From: an uncultured Cytophagia bacterium
GTDB taxonomy: Bacteria; Zhuqueibacterota; Zhuqueibacteria; Thermofontimicrobiales; Thermofontimicrobiaceae
DNA length: 64,000 bases
Assembly: GCA_964472785.1 (NCBI GenBank)
Contig: CAYYMH010000001.1
Span: forward strand, 13,244-77,243
Reading direction: 5' to 3'
Shown: positions 21,515 through 31,920 of the stretch, piece by piece
Layout of the letters: every line of letters starts with the position of its first letter
Position numbering within the stretch: the first letter of the stretch is position 1
Program-made: the position numbers and the translations under genes
The notes under the pieces: generated by a model
What the model saw: the letters and a program-made list of their open reading frames with translations, nothing else
The model's database searches: none
What the model was told of the DNA's origin: nothing

Positions 21515-23296
21515 ATGAATAAAAAATCGAAACTAAACCGAATTAAAATTCTGCCGGAAGAGCTCACGAACAAAATTGCTGCTGGTGAGGTTGTGGACAG
21601 ACCAGCTTCAATCGTCAAAGAGCTGATTGAAAATGCCATTGATGCTGGCAGTGATCAGATTGAAATTATTTTGAAAAACGGCGGGAAAAGTCTGATCCAG
21701 GTTGTGGATAATGGAACCGGCATGAATCGGGAAGACGCCATTTTAGCTATCCAGAGACACACCACCAGCAAAATTTCAAACTATGATGATTTACACAATA
21801 TTCGCACACTCGGCTTTCGCGGAGAAGCGCTGGCGAGCATTGCCTCAATATCGCGAATGGAAATCAAGACCATGACCGATAAAACCAATGTCGGAACATT
21901 GCTGAAAATTAATGGTAGTGTCATTGATGATGTGGGAGAAGTTGGTGGCACCCGTGGCACTTCAATTAGCGTTAAAAATATTTTTTACAATACACCGGCA
22001 CGGAAAAAATTTTTGAAAGCCGATGAAACTGAATACAGACACATTCTGAGTGTGATACACCGGTTTACTCTCTCTTATTTTGATATCCGTTTAAAATTGT
22101 TTCACAATGATCAAAAAATTTTCGACCTCAAACCCTCGGATCCAAAGCTGCGTATTATTGACGTCCTCGGCAGTCGTTATGAGAACAACTTGATCAAAGT
22201 CGAGGATCGTGGCACTATTTTGGAAATCTGGGGTTTTGCCGGCAACCAGGACACATCAAAAAAATCCAGAGGAGACCAATATCTGTTTTTAAACGGACGC
22301 TATATCATCAATCGCGCTTTAAATCATGCGGTGTTTTCGTCCTACGGTTCTATCATTCCGAGAGGGGAATTCCCGATGTATGTCCTCTTTCTGGAAATTG
22401 ATCCACGTCGTGTTGATGTCAATGTACACCCTTCAAAAATGGAAGTAAAATTTGCAGATGAAGGTCTGATTTATAACATCCTGCGTTCAGCAGTCCGAAG
22501 ATCGCTATCATCCGAAGATGTTATTCCTTCATTGTCCCGTTTCGATAAATTCGAACCAAAAGCGCTTGAGACAAAGAAACAGGATATCTTTTCACAACAG
22601 ACCGCGATACCGTTATTTGAGAAACAAACCGTTCAGTCGCTTCGGTTAGCAGGTGGGGTATCGCCACCCGAATCAGAAGCTGGTCACATCGCCCCAGCCG
22701 AACAAAAAAAATATGCCAATGATAAATACGAGCGCTCCAATGTTTGGCAAATTCATAATCAGTACATTTTATCCGAAATCAAGAGCGGTCTGATTATCAT
22801 TGATCAGCACGTTGCTCATGAACGAATTTTATACGAAAAAGCCTTACAAGAATTTGAAAGAAGCAATCCGGCTTCCCAACAATTGCTGTTCCCCCACGTT
22901 GTTGAACTAACACCCGAGGAATACTCCTATTTATCGGAAATGCTCCCTTTTCTGGAAAAAATTGGCTTTATCATCAAGGGGTTCGGCGGAACTACCGTGG
23001 TTTTAGAAGGCGTTCCCTCAGGCATGAAAATCAGCAAGCCGGAAACATTGCTCAACGAAATTATTGATGAATATAAACAAAACAAAGAAAATAGTCTCGA
23101 TATTCGGGACAATGTGGCAAAATCTTATTCCTGTAAAATGGCAATCAAAAAAGGGGAACCGCTCACAAAAGAAGAGATGAACACATTGATAGATCATCTG
23201 TTTGCCACCCAAAGTCCCTATTTCTGCCCTCATGGACGTCCTGTCATCATCAACGTCACAATGCAGGAATTGGATAAAAGGTTCGGGCGGATCTAA
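21515..23296 (+). CDS. mutL: DNA mismatch repair protein MutL
   Basis: GHKL ATPase motifs ELIENAIDAG and DNGTGM, plus a C-terminal dimerisation domain. Confidence 0.93.
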   Translation: MNKKSKLNRIKILPEELTNKIAAGEVVDRPASIVKELIENAIDAGSDQIEIILKNGGKSLIQVVDNGTGMNREDAILAIQRHTTSKISNYDDLHNIRTLGFRGEALASIASISRMEIKTMTDKTNVGTLLKINGSVIDDVGEVGGTRGTSISVKNIFYNTPARKKFLKADETEYRHILSVIHRFTLSYFDIRLKLFHNDQKIFDLKPSDPKLRIIDVLGSRYENNLIKVEDRGTILEIWGFAGNQDTSKKSRGDQYLFLNGRYIINRALNHAVFSSYGSIIPRGEFPMYVLFLEIDPRRVDVNVHPSKMEVKFADEGLIYNILRSAVRRSLSSEDVIPSLSRFDKFEPKALETKKQDIFSQQTAIPLFEKQTVQSLRLAGGVSPPESEAGHIAPAEQKKYANDKYERSNVWQIHNQYILSEIKSGLIIIDQHVAHERILYEKALQEFERSNPASQQLLFPHVVELTPEEYSYLSEMLPFLEKIGFIIKGFGGTTVVLEGVPSGMKISKPETLLNEIIDEYKQNKENSLDIRDNVAKSYSCKMAIKKGEPLTKEEMNTLIDHLFATQSPYFCPHGRPVIINVTMQELDKRFGRI

Positions 23297-23432
23297 TTCT
23301 TTCAGGCTGGGCATTTTATTATTAGCGACCGTGTAACACTGATTTTACAAACCCGTATTTATCTGTGTTAATCGTCAGCTATCTAAAACAGGTTTATCAG
23401 CAAATTTATTATCAAACGAATACTAAACTCAA

Positions 23433-24383
23433 ATGCAAAATAAAGTCCTTCTGATCGTCGGTCCGACAGCCGCTGGCAAAACAAAACTTTCATTAAAATT
23501 AGCCGAAAAAATGAAACGTGTTGAGATTGTCTCTGCTGACTCGCGGCAGGTTTACAAACTCATGGACATCGGCACTGCCAAACCGACACTGGATGAACTG
23601 GAAAAAGTACCACATCATTTTATTGACATCATTTTTCCGGATCAGCATTACAGCGCCGGGAAATTCGGTAGAGAAGCGCGACAGACGATAAATCAACTCC
23701 GGGACCAGGGCAAATTTCCGATCGTCGTCGGAGGCTCCGGATTGTATGTCAGAGCGTTAGTCGATGGCTTTTTTGAAAAACAATTATCCGATCCCATTAT
23801 AAAAAAACAGCTGAAACAGGCAATTAAAGAAAAGGGCGTTGAGCCATTTTATGAAAAATTAGCACAGATTGATCCCCGGTCTGCGGCAAAAATTCATCCC
23901 AATGACGCTCATAGAATTGTGCGTGCTTTGGAGGTGTATCAGATCAGCGGACTGCCAATTTCAGAACTTCAGAAACAGCAATCCGTCAAAGCCAATTTTA
24001 TTCCGGTTTTTGTCGGGCTAAACAAAAATCGGGACCAGTTGTATTCAATAATCGAAAAACGAGTCGAAGCAATGCTGTCAAGCGGTCTAATTGAAGAAGT
24101 TGAGTCGCTACTGAAAACAGGGCATGATTCGCAGCTCAACAGCATGCAAACTGTCGGCTACAGGGAAGTAATCGAATATTTAAACGGTAATTTAAGTTAC
24201 GATGAAATGGTTGATCTGATAAAAAAACGAACCCGGAATTACGCAAAACGTCAACTCACCTGGTTTCGAAAGGACAAGCGAATCAAATGGTATAATTTAG
24301 ACCGGTTTGACAGCTTTGACGATCTGGCTGATGAAGTGTTGGATTTTATTAAAACCGAGTTTCCACACCGTTTTTCTGTTTAA
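23433..24383 (+). CDS. miaA: tRNA dimethylallyltransferase
   Basis: P-loop GPTAAGKT and DSRQVY motif. Confidence 0.93.
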   Translation: MQNKVLLIVGPTAAGKTKLSLKLAEKMKRVEIVSADSRQVYKLMDIGTAKPTLDELEKVPHHFIDIIFPDQHYSAGKFGREARQTINQLRDQGKFPIVVGGSGLYVRALVDGFFEKQLSDPIIKKQLKQAIKEKGVEPFYEKLAQIDPRSAAKIHPNDAHRIVRALEVYQISGLPISELQKQQSVKANFIPVFVGLNKNRDQLYSIIEKRVEAMLSSGLIEEVESLLKTGHDSQLNSMQTVGYREVIEYLNGNLSYDEMVDLIKKRTRNYAKRQLTWFRKDKRIKWYNLDRFDSFDDLADEVLDFIKTEFPHRFSV

Positions 24384-25717
24384 TCCTCTGCCTTAATATC
24401 ATAACGTTGAATCATTCTTCTCAACGTTCCCTTATCAATATCCAAATCCCGCGCCGTTGCCATTTTTCTCCAGTTATTTCGTTCAAGGGCTCGCTCGACA
24501 GCGCGTTTTTTAATATCTTCCAAGGTTAGACTGGTCACCTCGACCTCATCTTTTTTTTCTTCGTTTTGGAACTGTTCCGGAAGGTGTTTCGCCTGAATAA
24601 GATTTCTTCTGCAGAGGATGAAGGCGTATTCAATGATATTTTCCAGCTCCCGAACATTCCCCGGAAATGGGTAGCGCATCAACAATGACAACGCTTCATC
24701 GGAAATTCCGAGAATATTTTTATTCTTAAGTTTATTAAATCGATTAATAAAATGACTCACCAATAGCGGGATGTCCTCTTTTCGCTGACGCAGCGGGGGC
24801 AATTTTATGGTGACGACATTCAACCGATAATAAAGGTCCTCACGGAATTCTCTCTTTTCAACCATCCTTTTTAAATCATGGTGGGTAGCAGCCACGATTC
24901 TGACATTCGCTTTTTCCGACTTTGTACTGCCGAGGGGTTCGTAAATTTTATTTTGCAGCACGCGCAGCAATTTTACCTGCAGTGCCGGTGAAACGTCACC
25001 AATTTCATCCAGAAACAGCGTTCCCTTTTCTGCCAGGGCGAAGCGCCCGGGCTTGTCTTTTTTCGCATCTGTAAAAGCGCCAGCTTTGTAACCAAAAAGT
25101 TCGGATTCAAGCAAAGTGTCCGGAAGGGCGCCCGTGTTGACGATAACCAGCGGATTGGCAGTCCGGTGACTTAAATTGTGAATTGCTCTGGCGAACAGCT
25201 CTTTACCAGTTCCACTGTCTCCTAAAATGAGCACTGTGCTGTCGCTTTCGGCGATGTCCGGCAGAATGGAGAATATTTTTTGAATTTGCTTATTTTTGCT
25301 GATGATATCCTGAAATGAGTACTTCTTTTCCAGTTCCTTGCGCAGCTCTGCAACTTCCGATTGATCGCGGAAGGTTTCTACTCCGCCGATAATATTTCCT
25401 TCCGCATCTTTTAATGGTGCAGCGCTGATACTAATGGGAATCTCTCTGCCCTTTGCATCCACGATGTAAATGGACTGATCCGTAATTGGCTTGTTGCCTG
25501 CGATACTCTTTTTTAAAATGCACTCCCGGTCACAAATGTTGGAATGAAAAATATCACGGCAGGTACGCCCCAATGCGTCCTCTTGAGGCACACCGGTAAT
25601 GGTCTCAGCAGCGCGATTAAACGAAGTGATCCTGAAAGCGCAATCCACTGTAAAAACACCGTCTGCGATGCTGTCTAAAATGACATCGGTTTGGAATTTG
25701 TTAAATTTTGTATTCAA
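24380..25717 (-). CDS. sigma-54-dependent transcriptional activator with an N-terminal PAS domain and no receiver domain
   Basis: PAS-like N-terminus, AAA+ GDSGTGKE, ESELFGYKAGAFT, Fis HTH. Confidence 0.88.
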   Translation of the reverse strand: MNTKFNKFQTDVILDSIADGVFTVDCAFRITSFNRAAETITGVPQEDALGRTCRDIFHSNICDRECILKKSIAGNKPITDQSIYIVDAKGREIPISISAAPLKDAEGNIIGGVETFRDQSEVAELRKELEKKYSFQDIISKNKQIQKIFSILPDIAESDSTVLILGDSGTGKELFARAIHNLSHRTANPLVIVNTGALPDTLLESELFGYKAGAFTDAKKDKPGRFALAEKGTLFLDEIGDVSPALQVKLLRVLQNKIYEPLGSTKSEKANVRIVAATHHDLKRMVEKREFREDLYYRLNVVTIKLPPLRQRKEDIPLLVSHFINRFNKLKNKNILGISDEALSLLMRYPFPGNVRELENIIEYAFILCRRNLIQAKHLPEQFQNEEKKDEVEVTSLTLEDIKKRAVERALERNNWRKMATARDLDIDKGTLRRMIQRYDIKAED

Positions 25718-25790
25718 TTTTCTAATCTGTATTTATAATTATCTGGTAAATAAAATCTTCTAACATCTTTTTATTCTTATTTTGTTTACA

Positions 25791-26414
25791 TTACATCTCT
25801 CGTATTAAAATACAAACGGCTGCCCAGGCGCTATCTTCTACTCGGTACATTTTTGAAGTTTTTACTGACAATTGAAAATTATCACCGAGGATAGCTCTTA
25901 TATTCTCTTTTATTCTTTTTATCTTAGCTTCGATTTTTTCTTCAGCACTCAGTCGCTCACCATCAAATGCAGAATCATAAAAAGCAAACAGACCAAACTG
26001 AATCGATGATAATGTAGAGTTGAGCTTTATAAATTCTCTAATTCTCTTAATATCTTTATAATATTGATCCTTGGAATAGATTTGATTTTTAATTTCTATA
26101 ATTGCACGTGGAGTATCATTTGCCCACCATACTAAAATATCAACTTTTCCATGTTTTCTGATATCACGGGGTAGACGACCTCTCCTTTTTGCTCCTGCTT
26201 CTTCTATAGTTTGTGCCGATGAATGCTCCAAAGTTATATATTTTGATCCTGAAAGGTTGGCGATAATTTCTGCGACGTTTATTGTGATTAAATATTCTGG
26301 GCCTTCCCATAACCAATAGCCACCGGACCAAATCTCATATTTTTTATGAGATATTTCAATTCCAGAGAGAGTCGCATTGACTATTTGATTAATTGATAAA
26401 CTTTTCGGCATCAA
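25791..26414 (-). CDS. hypothetical protein with a possible PD-(D/E)xK nuclease-like motif (VDILVWW...AIIEIK)
   Basis: motif spacing only; weak. Confidence 0.4.
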   Translation of the reverse strand: MMPKSLSINQIVNATLSGIEISHKKYEIWSGGYWLWEGPEYLITINVAEIIANLSGSKYITLEHSSAQTIEEAGAKRRGRLPRDIRKHGKVDILVWWANDTPRAIIEIKNQIYSKDQYYKDIKRIREFIKLNSTLSSIQFGLFAFYDSAFDGERLSAEEKIEAKIKRIKENIRAILGDNFQLSVKTSKMYRVEDSAWAAVCILIREM

Positions 26415-26444
26415 TCCGAATCTTTCGCTTTCATAAATTACAAC

Positions 26445-27164
26445 CTAATGAGAATTCTTGTAAAAATCAACAATTTTTTCAATTACCTCAGCGGGTTTGT
26501 CAACCACCTGAAACAGTGCCAAATCTGCTTGTGAGATTTTATTTTCAGCGAGCAGTCTATTTTTTAACCATTCGATTAATCCGTCCCAAAATTGACTGTC
26601 CACTAAAATCACCGGGAAACGGGCTATCTTGTTCGTTTGTATCAGCGTGAGTGATTCAAAAAGTTCGTCCAGGGTACCGAACCCCCCGGGTAAAATAACA
26701 AACGCTTTGGCATATTTGACAAACATCACTTTTCTGATAAAAAAGTAACGAAAGTCAAGTTGAATTTTTGCATATTTATTGGCAGATTGTTCAAAGGGAA
26801 GATCAATATTTAAACCGACCGATGTCCCTCCTGCTTCAGTAGCGCCTCTGTTCCCTGCCTCCATAATTCCAGGTCCGCCACCGGTGATAATACCATATCC
26901 TGCTCCAACTGCGAGTTTGCCGATTTCGCGTGCTGTTTCATATTCCTCATCGCCTTCTCTGGTTCTGGCAGAGCCAAACATAGTAATACAATCTTGAATC
27001 CGGGAAAGCTCCTCAAAGCCTTCAACAAATTCTGAAATAATTCGAAATACGCGCCAACTATCTTCAATGAAAAGCTTTTCAACCTCTTCGGTAATCGGTC
27101 TGTCTGATTTTCTTAGCATGTTTTTTCCCTTTATCTTATTAATAAACTCTTTCGCATTATCCAT
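26445..27164 (-). CDS. LOG family protein (cytokinin riboside 5'-monophosphate phosphoribohydrolase-like, TIGR00730 type). The start is probably the internal Met at 27119, which avoids overlap with the upstream gene
   Basis: GGGPGIMEAGNRGA and PGGFGTLDELFE motifs. Confidence 0.85.
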   Translation of the reverse strand: MDNAKEFINKIKGKNMLRKSDRPITEEVEKLFIEDSWRVFRIISEFVEGFEELSRIQDCITMFGSARTREGDEEYETAREIGKLAVGAGYGIITGGGPGIMEAGNRGATEAGGTSVGLNIDLPFEQSANKYAKIQLDFRYFFIRKVMFVKYAKAFVILPGGFGTLDELFESLTLIQTNKIARFPVILVDSQFWDGLIEWLKNRLLAENKISQADLALFQVVDKPAEVIEKIVDFYKNSH

Positions 27165-28774
27165 TCGTAATCCGTGGTCAGCTTATAAAAATATAATCCT
27201 GATGCCAGAGCGTCACCTTCACTATTTTTTCCGTCCCAATTAATTTGGTGAATCCCTGAACTGAAATTTGCATCAACAATTGTATTAACCAATCGACCCA
27301 ATGCATCGTAAATTTTCAAAGTCACATGTGATGTTTTTTCCAGATGGAATTCTATCATTGTTGACGCATTAAATGGATTGGGGTAATTTTTTACCAATGT
27401 AATATTAACAGGTTCCGTTGCCGGCTCTCTTTCGACAAATGATGGTCGTGTATATTTTTCTAATTTTGTTTGAAATCCCAAAGGCGAATTTAATTGCTGC
27501 AGAATTGCAGACGCTGAATCCGGTGAAAAATCAGGCGGAAGAAAAAAGTTATGATAACGGACATCGAGTGTGGTTTCTTCAGTTATATAATTTTGAATAT
27601 TTCCATAGAGCAACAATCCATTGTCACCAAATGACATTTTATCGCCAGTATCTCTCTGTATCATTGGGTCGCCGGTGGTACCGGAAGTTTTATCCTCGTG
27701 ATAATAGAATTGAATATTATCACCCAGACTCGGAACATGAAAAACATTGAGCATCGTTCCCTGCTGACCTGTTCCCATCGTCCAATTTAACTCTCCGGAA
27801 TGACAATCCGTAACTACTGACGAATCTTCAACGCCATCGATGACAAGGCCGTCCGGATTCCCTTCACTATAAAATCTCATACCGGTAGCGTTTTCATTGA
27901 AATCCCACGATACTCGAAACACATCAATTTCAGCACCCACGTCCTTCACATCCTTAATCGGAATTTCCACTAAAACAAATGAACCATGCCATGGGTAAAA
28001 AAAGGATGTCTGGGTAAATTTTTCAGTCAGATTCAATAGACCGAACACAAAATTGCCCACCATATTTCGAATAATTCTGACTTTACCATGTTTAACATAC
28101 GCTAATCGCTGTTGGAAATTGTCTTCGTTGAGAAAAATGGGCAAAACAAAAAACGATCCGATTCCCCTAATTTTCGTCCGATCAAAAATATCCGTACCCG
28201 ATCCACCAATATCCGGGTCAATCGCGACATCGGCCAACTGACCTGTGTTATTGAAACCCGCGCGATAATGCGCGGTCATTATTTCATCAGCCGAACTGTC
28301 GTAATGTATTTTGTATGTATCCGGAATTGGCTCTGTCATTGTTTCGGAATAATAAAGATAAACATAGCCGCTTACATTTTTTAGCGAATCGAAGAAAGCA
28401 ATTTCGATCCGAAACGTATCTGTGTCCGCCACCCAAGTATCTTGATCTGCCTTGTCACCCAAATCCGCTGCCATAAAAACCAGTTCATCATCAGCATCTA
28501 ACAGTCCTCCCAATGAATCTTCCGGCTCAAAATATTTTAATGAGTCATTCACATCGGGATTGACTTCATCAAATTGAAAAGGAATCATCTGCCAACTATC
28601 CTGATTTCCATCGTAGCGAAATAAATAAAGATGTTCTATCTGCTCTAACAAAAACGCGGACAGCGTATCGCCTTTGAGAACGATTGGTTCGTATTTACGA
28701 TCGATTTGAGCGACACCAAATACACTGGTGACACATATCATGATAATTACAAGCATTATTATTTTTACTTTCAT
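27131..28774 (-). CDS. secreted protein of unknown function with a type-IX-secretion C-terminal sorting domain
   Basis: N-terminal signal peptide; C-terminal NYPNPFN...LKIYDALGRLV...GLYFYKL Por-secretion tail. Confidence 0.7.
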   Translation of the reverse strand: MKVKIIMLVIIMICVTSVFGVAQIDRKYEPIVLKGDTLSAFLLEQIEHLYLFRYDGNQDSWQMIPFQFDEVNPDVNDSLKYFEPEDSLGGLLDADDELVFMAADLGDKADQDTWVADTDTFRIEIAFFDSLKNVSGYVYLYYSETMTEPIPDTYKIHYDSSADEIMTAHYRAGFNNTGQLADVAIDPDIGGSGTDIFDRTKIRGIGSFFVLPIFLNEDNFQQRLAYVKHGKVRIIRNMVGNFVFGLLNLTEKFTQTSFFYPWHGSFVLVEIPIKDVKDVGAEIDVFRVSWDFNENATGMRFYSEGNPDGLVIDGVEDSSVVTDCHSGELNWTMGTGQQGTMLNVFHVPSLGDNIQFYYHEDKTSGTTGDPMIQRDTGDKMSFGDNGLLLYGNIQNYITEETTLDVRYHNFFLPPDFSPDSASAILQQLNSPLGFQTKLEKYTRPSFVEREPATEPVNITLVKNYPNPFNASTMIEFHLEKTSHVTLKIYDALGRLVNTIVDANFSSGIHQINWDGKNSEGDALASGLYFYKLTTDYEWIMRKSLLIR

Positions 28775-28804
28775 ATTCTGCCTCTTATCAATATTTAAAG
28801 TTTT

Positions 28805-30481
28805 TCATTTTGTGAATAATATTTTTCTGACTTCATGAGCATGACCATCTGAAAATTTAAGGAAATATACGCCTGATGTCAGGATTGTCTGTACCGATTG
28901 TACATCCCAAAAAATATCATTTGTTTCATTATTTAATTCGCTATCAAAAATATCAGCAACCAATTGACCATTCAAGTTATACATTTTTATCTTCAACCGA
29001 GCAGTGCCTATTTTCTTCAATGATATTTTTAAACTGCCGGAGAACGGATTAGGTGCAATATTTATTATTTCGAATGACTTGACTATTACCGGTCGATTTG
29101 AAATTTCTTTTGTTAAGTAAAAAGAATATTGTTCAGGCGCTTCCTTGAAATAGATTGTCATTGGATCTTTCAGATGATTCGTGTTACAGGCGATAGCCAC
29201 TATTTCCTGTCCAGAAGCCACTTCTTCAAGTGTAACCCCCTGCCCCGGTTTAATTATGTTTGTTCTGATATACTGGGCATCCCGGATAATCACACCCAAC
29301 CTCCAATGGTCTTGCCACTCCGTTGAGAAATAAACATTGTAAGTGCTATTTTCCACAGGCTGTAAAACATAGTAAGCAGCCGTAAGAAAATAGCCGCTAT
29401 TTACGGTTTGATAATAATACTCTATTTGCGAACGATCCTTAATTTTGATTTCAGGATAGTCAACTCCTGAATCGTACGAAAAATCCGGATTGGCTCTTGT
29501 CCCTGTGAAATAATTCCACATGCAAAATTTCACAAATTCCTGTTTAAAACTGGTGTTTAGATTTTTCAAAATCTTATCCATTGCTTCTATTGCCGGCATT
29601 TCTGGCATAAGCTGCCAGATTTGTTTAATGATATCCTCGCCATAATTTTCGACGAGGTAAAACGCAAAAATACAATCACCGTAAATGTGCCTGATCACGT
29701 TGGGTATAGTGAAAGACACACCGTTAAGCGGTATTTCCGGCGCTGAAAAAAAATAGTCGAGATAGTACAAATAATTGTCGACTTCATCAAAGACCTGATC
29801 CTCCATCCAAACTGCTGAAAGCTCGAAAAAGAATGCATCAATTTTTCTGAATACATAACCCATCTGAATAGCATGAAAAAATTCGTGAGCAGCCGTAACT
29901 TTGATGGCCTCATCACCAGTTAGGTGAAAACCCTGTCCGATAAAATCATTGTCAAATAAAATATAGCTACAAACATCTTTCTGTTCCCATGCAGTAGAAT
30001 CCGGACTGATTCGGATGGCTCTGCCAAAAGAATTATTTAAATCCAACACATAAACTTGATAAGGATTCGCTCCGTCGTTCATTGAAGGTGGAATGCGATA
30101 TTGCATTTCTTCAACTTCAACTTCATAGCTTTTCTCAAACGCTGCGGCAATTTTCTCTATCCGATCCGGTATCTGATTGGAATTTTCGTCAATAGCAGAA
30201 ACAGCGTCTTTTCCCTGGATGGTATAATGGATCATGAAGCGCTGATTCGCACTCAAAAAGCTATCCGGCAGGTCAGGTCTGGGATCAGTCGGAGCGGCAC
30301 TCTCAATATCAAAACTTAATGCTGTGATAAATTGATTTTTGACAGACGGCTGCTGTTGATTACTTTTTGGTATTTGTGAATCCCAGGAGCTGCTCACATA
30401 TTCTGGAATGATCACTAAAAATATACCCCAGCACAATACTGTTTTTCTGATCTCTAATATTTTAAAAAATATTGATTTCAT
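28805..30481 (-). CDS. secreted putative zinc metalloprotease (HExxH) with a T9SS C-terminal sorting domain
   Basis: TAAHEFFHAIQ zincin motif, signal peptide, C-terminal IAPNPFSG...YFLKF sorting domain. Confidence 0.7.
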   Translation of the reverse strand: MKSIFFKILEIRKTVLCWGIFLVIIPEYVSSSWDSQIPKSNQQQPSVKNQFITALSFDIESAAPTDPRPDLPDSFLSANQRFMIHYTIQGKDAVSAIDENSNQIPDRIEKIAAAFEKSYEVEVEEMQYRIPPSMNDGANPYQVYVLDLNNSFGRAIRISPDSTAWEQKDVCSYILFDNDFIGQGFHLTGDEAIKVTAAHEFFHAIQMGYVFRKIDAFFFELSAVWMEDQVFDEVDNYLYYLDYFFSAPEIPLNGVSFTIPNVIRHIYGDCIFAFYLVENYGEDIIKQIWQLMPEMPAIEAMDKILKNLNTSFKQEFVKFCMWNYFTGTRANPDFSYDSGVDYPEIKIKDRSQIEYYYQTVNSGYFLTAAYYVLQPVENSTYNVYFSTEWQDHWRLGVIIRDAQYIRTNIIKPGQGVTLEEVASGQEIVAIACNTNHLKDPMTIYFKEAPEQYSFYLTKEISNRPVIVKSFEIINIAPNPFSGSLKISLKKIGTARLKIKMYNLNGQLVADIFDSELNNETNDIFWDVQSVQTILTSGVYFLKFSDGHAHEVRKILFTK

Positions 30482-30570
30482 TTCTTATTTTTGGATAAAA
30501 CAATGCACCCCCCGCCTCTTCCAACTTTTTAACCAACATCCTCAATTCAGGTTCACTAAAACTTTAGTGC

Positions 30571-30873
30571 TCAATCGTTACGCTCACTTTTTCTCAGCTC
30601 CCGCTGCTTTTTGTTCAAATAGATTATAATGAACGGCAAAATAAACCAGACTGGTGAAAAAGCAAAAACCTTGTAGGGAGATGGAATCAGATATGCTGTC
30701 ACCGCCATTACGATTATTATCAACCACAATAGAGAAGCGGTTCTCATTATAAAGGCTCTTTCCTTTTCTCCCTTTGCATTTCGAATGCTGAAGTAAGTTC
30801 CGACGATCCCCCCTATCAAACCAATAACAATGCCTGCAATGCCTCCGATTAAACCTAATTCTGCCGGACTCAT
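30571..30873 (-). CDS. small membrane protein, 100 aa, about 3 TM segments
   Basis: hydrophobic segments and Gly-zipper-like IGGIAGIVIGLIGGIVG. Confidence 0.45.
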   Translation of the reverse strand: MSPAELGLIGGIAGIVIGLIGGIVGTYFSIRNAKGEKERAFIMRTASLLWLIIIVMAVTAYLIPSPYKVFAFSPVWFILPFIIIYLNKKQRELRKSERND

Positions 30874-30993
30874 TTTTGCTTACCTTTTTTTGAAGTTAAA
30901 AAATCAAAATGTTCGTTATGATTTATTTTATCAAATTTATCTCAAAAAAACAATCTCTTTTTCAAAGTGAAAGACTTCAAAAATACTCATCAC

Positions 30994-31040
30994 CAAAAAA
31001 AAGAACCTCCGTCCCGCATTTAAAATTGATGGAACGGAGG
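30994..31040 (-). terminator. intrinsic terminator after the OMP gene (cctccgt..acggagg stem plus T8 on the minus strand)
   Basis: inverted repeat followed by a T-run, read on the minus strand. Confidence 0.55.
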
Positions 31041-31071
31041 AATAAGTTAATTCAACTTTTTATTATTGACT

Positions 31072-31920
31072 TTAAATAAACGTATATGTCAGGCCAAGGG
31101 CAATTGATTGTTTAATCTGTCGTTTTGGTGAAATATCCTTGTCATAAAGCAGTTTGAAATTAACATTCACATTGAAGTATTCCGATATTTTTGTTGTGAA
31201 AACGTTATCCCAGTTAACGTCTGTTTTATCGAACGTCTTAAATGTGGAAAACAATTCCAGCTTTGACTTGATCAGAGAATTTTCAGAAACTTTTAAGCTC
31301 AAATCCGTCACTGATTCCGCACCGATTTCGTTCCTAAAATCATCTCCGTCTGCATAGATTTCCGCATACTGATCGGTCACAGTTTGCTTCATCGAGGCGC
31401 CAAGACGTGTTTTGAATGCCTCGCTATGAATATATCCCAAGCCCACACTTTCTCTGAAATAGGCCGGATCCATGAAAGCCGATATTTCTGTTTTGGGTGC
31501 ATCTTCTGCATATTTGTATCCTGGTGCGATTTGCGTTTCCGCCGTCCCTGCAACGAAAGGGTTAAGATATTTGGCAAATTTATGAGTGTACACTGTTTCC
31601 AATTTAATTTCATCAATCGACTTGCGTGCAGACTGTTCGCCTGCTTTTGTGGAACCGTAGGTCAACTTCGCCGAATTCGCCCAATTTGATTTCTCCTGAT
31701 CGTTCACGAATTTAGCGTTTAAATTGACCTGCCACGCAAACGAATTTTCGCCTCCTGCTGCCCAATTATCGAAACTGGTCTGTGTAATATTCAATCCACT
31801 AACCATTTCTTTCTGCCATCCATATTTCGGTTCTTCCGGCTTCTCTTCCTGAGCAACAACGGTAAGCGTGAAAACAAGCGATAGGCCCCAAATTAAAGTG
31901 AATAAGGATTTAATTTTCAT
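31072..31920 (-). CDS. outer-membrane beta-barrel protein, DUF3078-like
   Basis: signal peptide, NWAAGGENSF motif, amphipathic beta-strand pattern. Confidence 0.55.
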   Translation of the reverse strand: MKIKSLFTLIWGLSLVFTLTVVAQEEKPEEPKYGWQKEMVSGLNITQTSFDNWAAGGENSFAWQVNLNAKFVNDQEKSNWANSAKLTYGSTKAGEQSARKSIDEIKLETVYTHKFAKYLNPFVAGTAETQIAPGYKYAEDAPKTEISAFMDPAYFRESVGLGYIHSEAFKTRLGASMKQTVTDQYAEIYADGDDFRNEIGAESVTDLSLKVSENSLIKSKLELFSTFKTFDKTDVNWDNVFTTKISEYFNVNVNFKLLYDKDISPKRQIKQSIALGLTYTFI

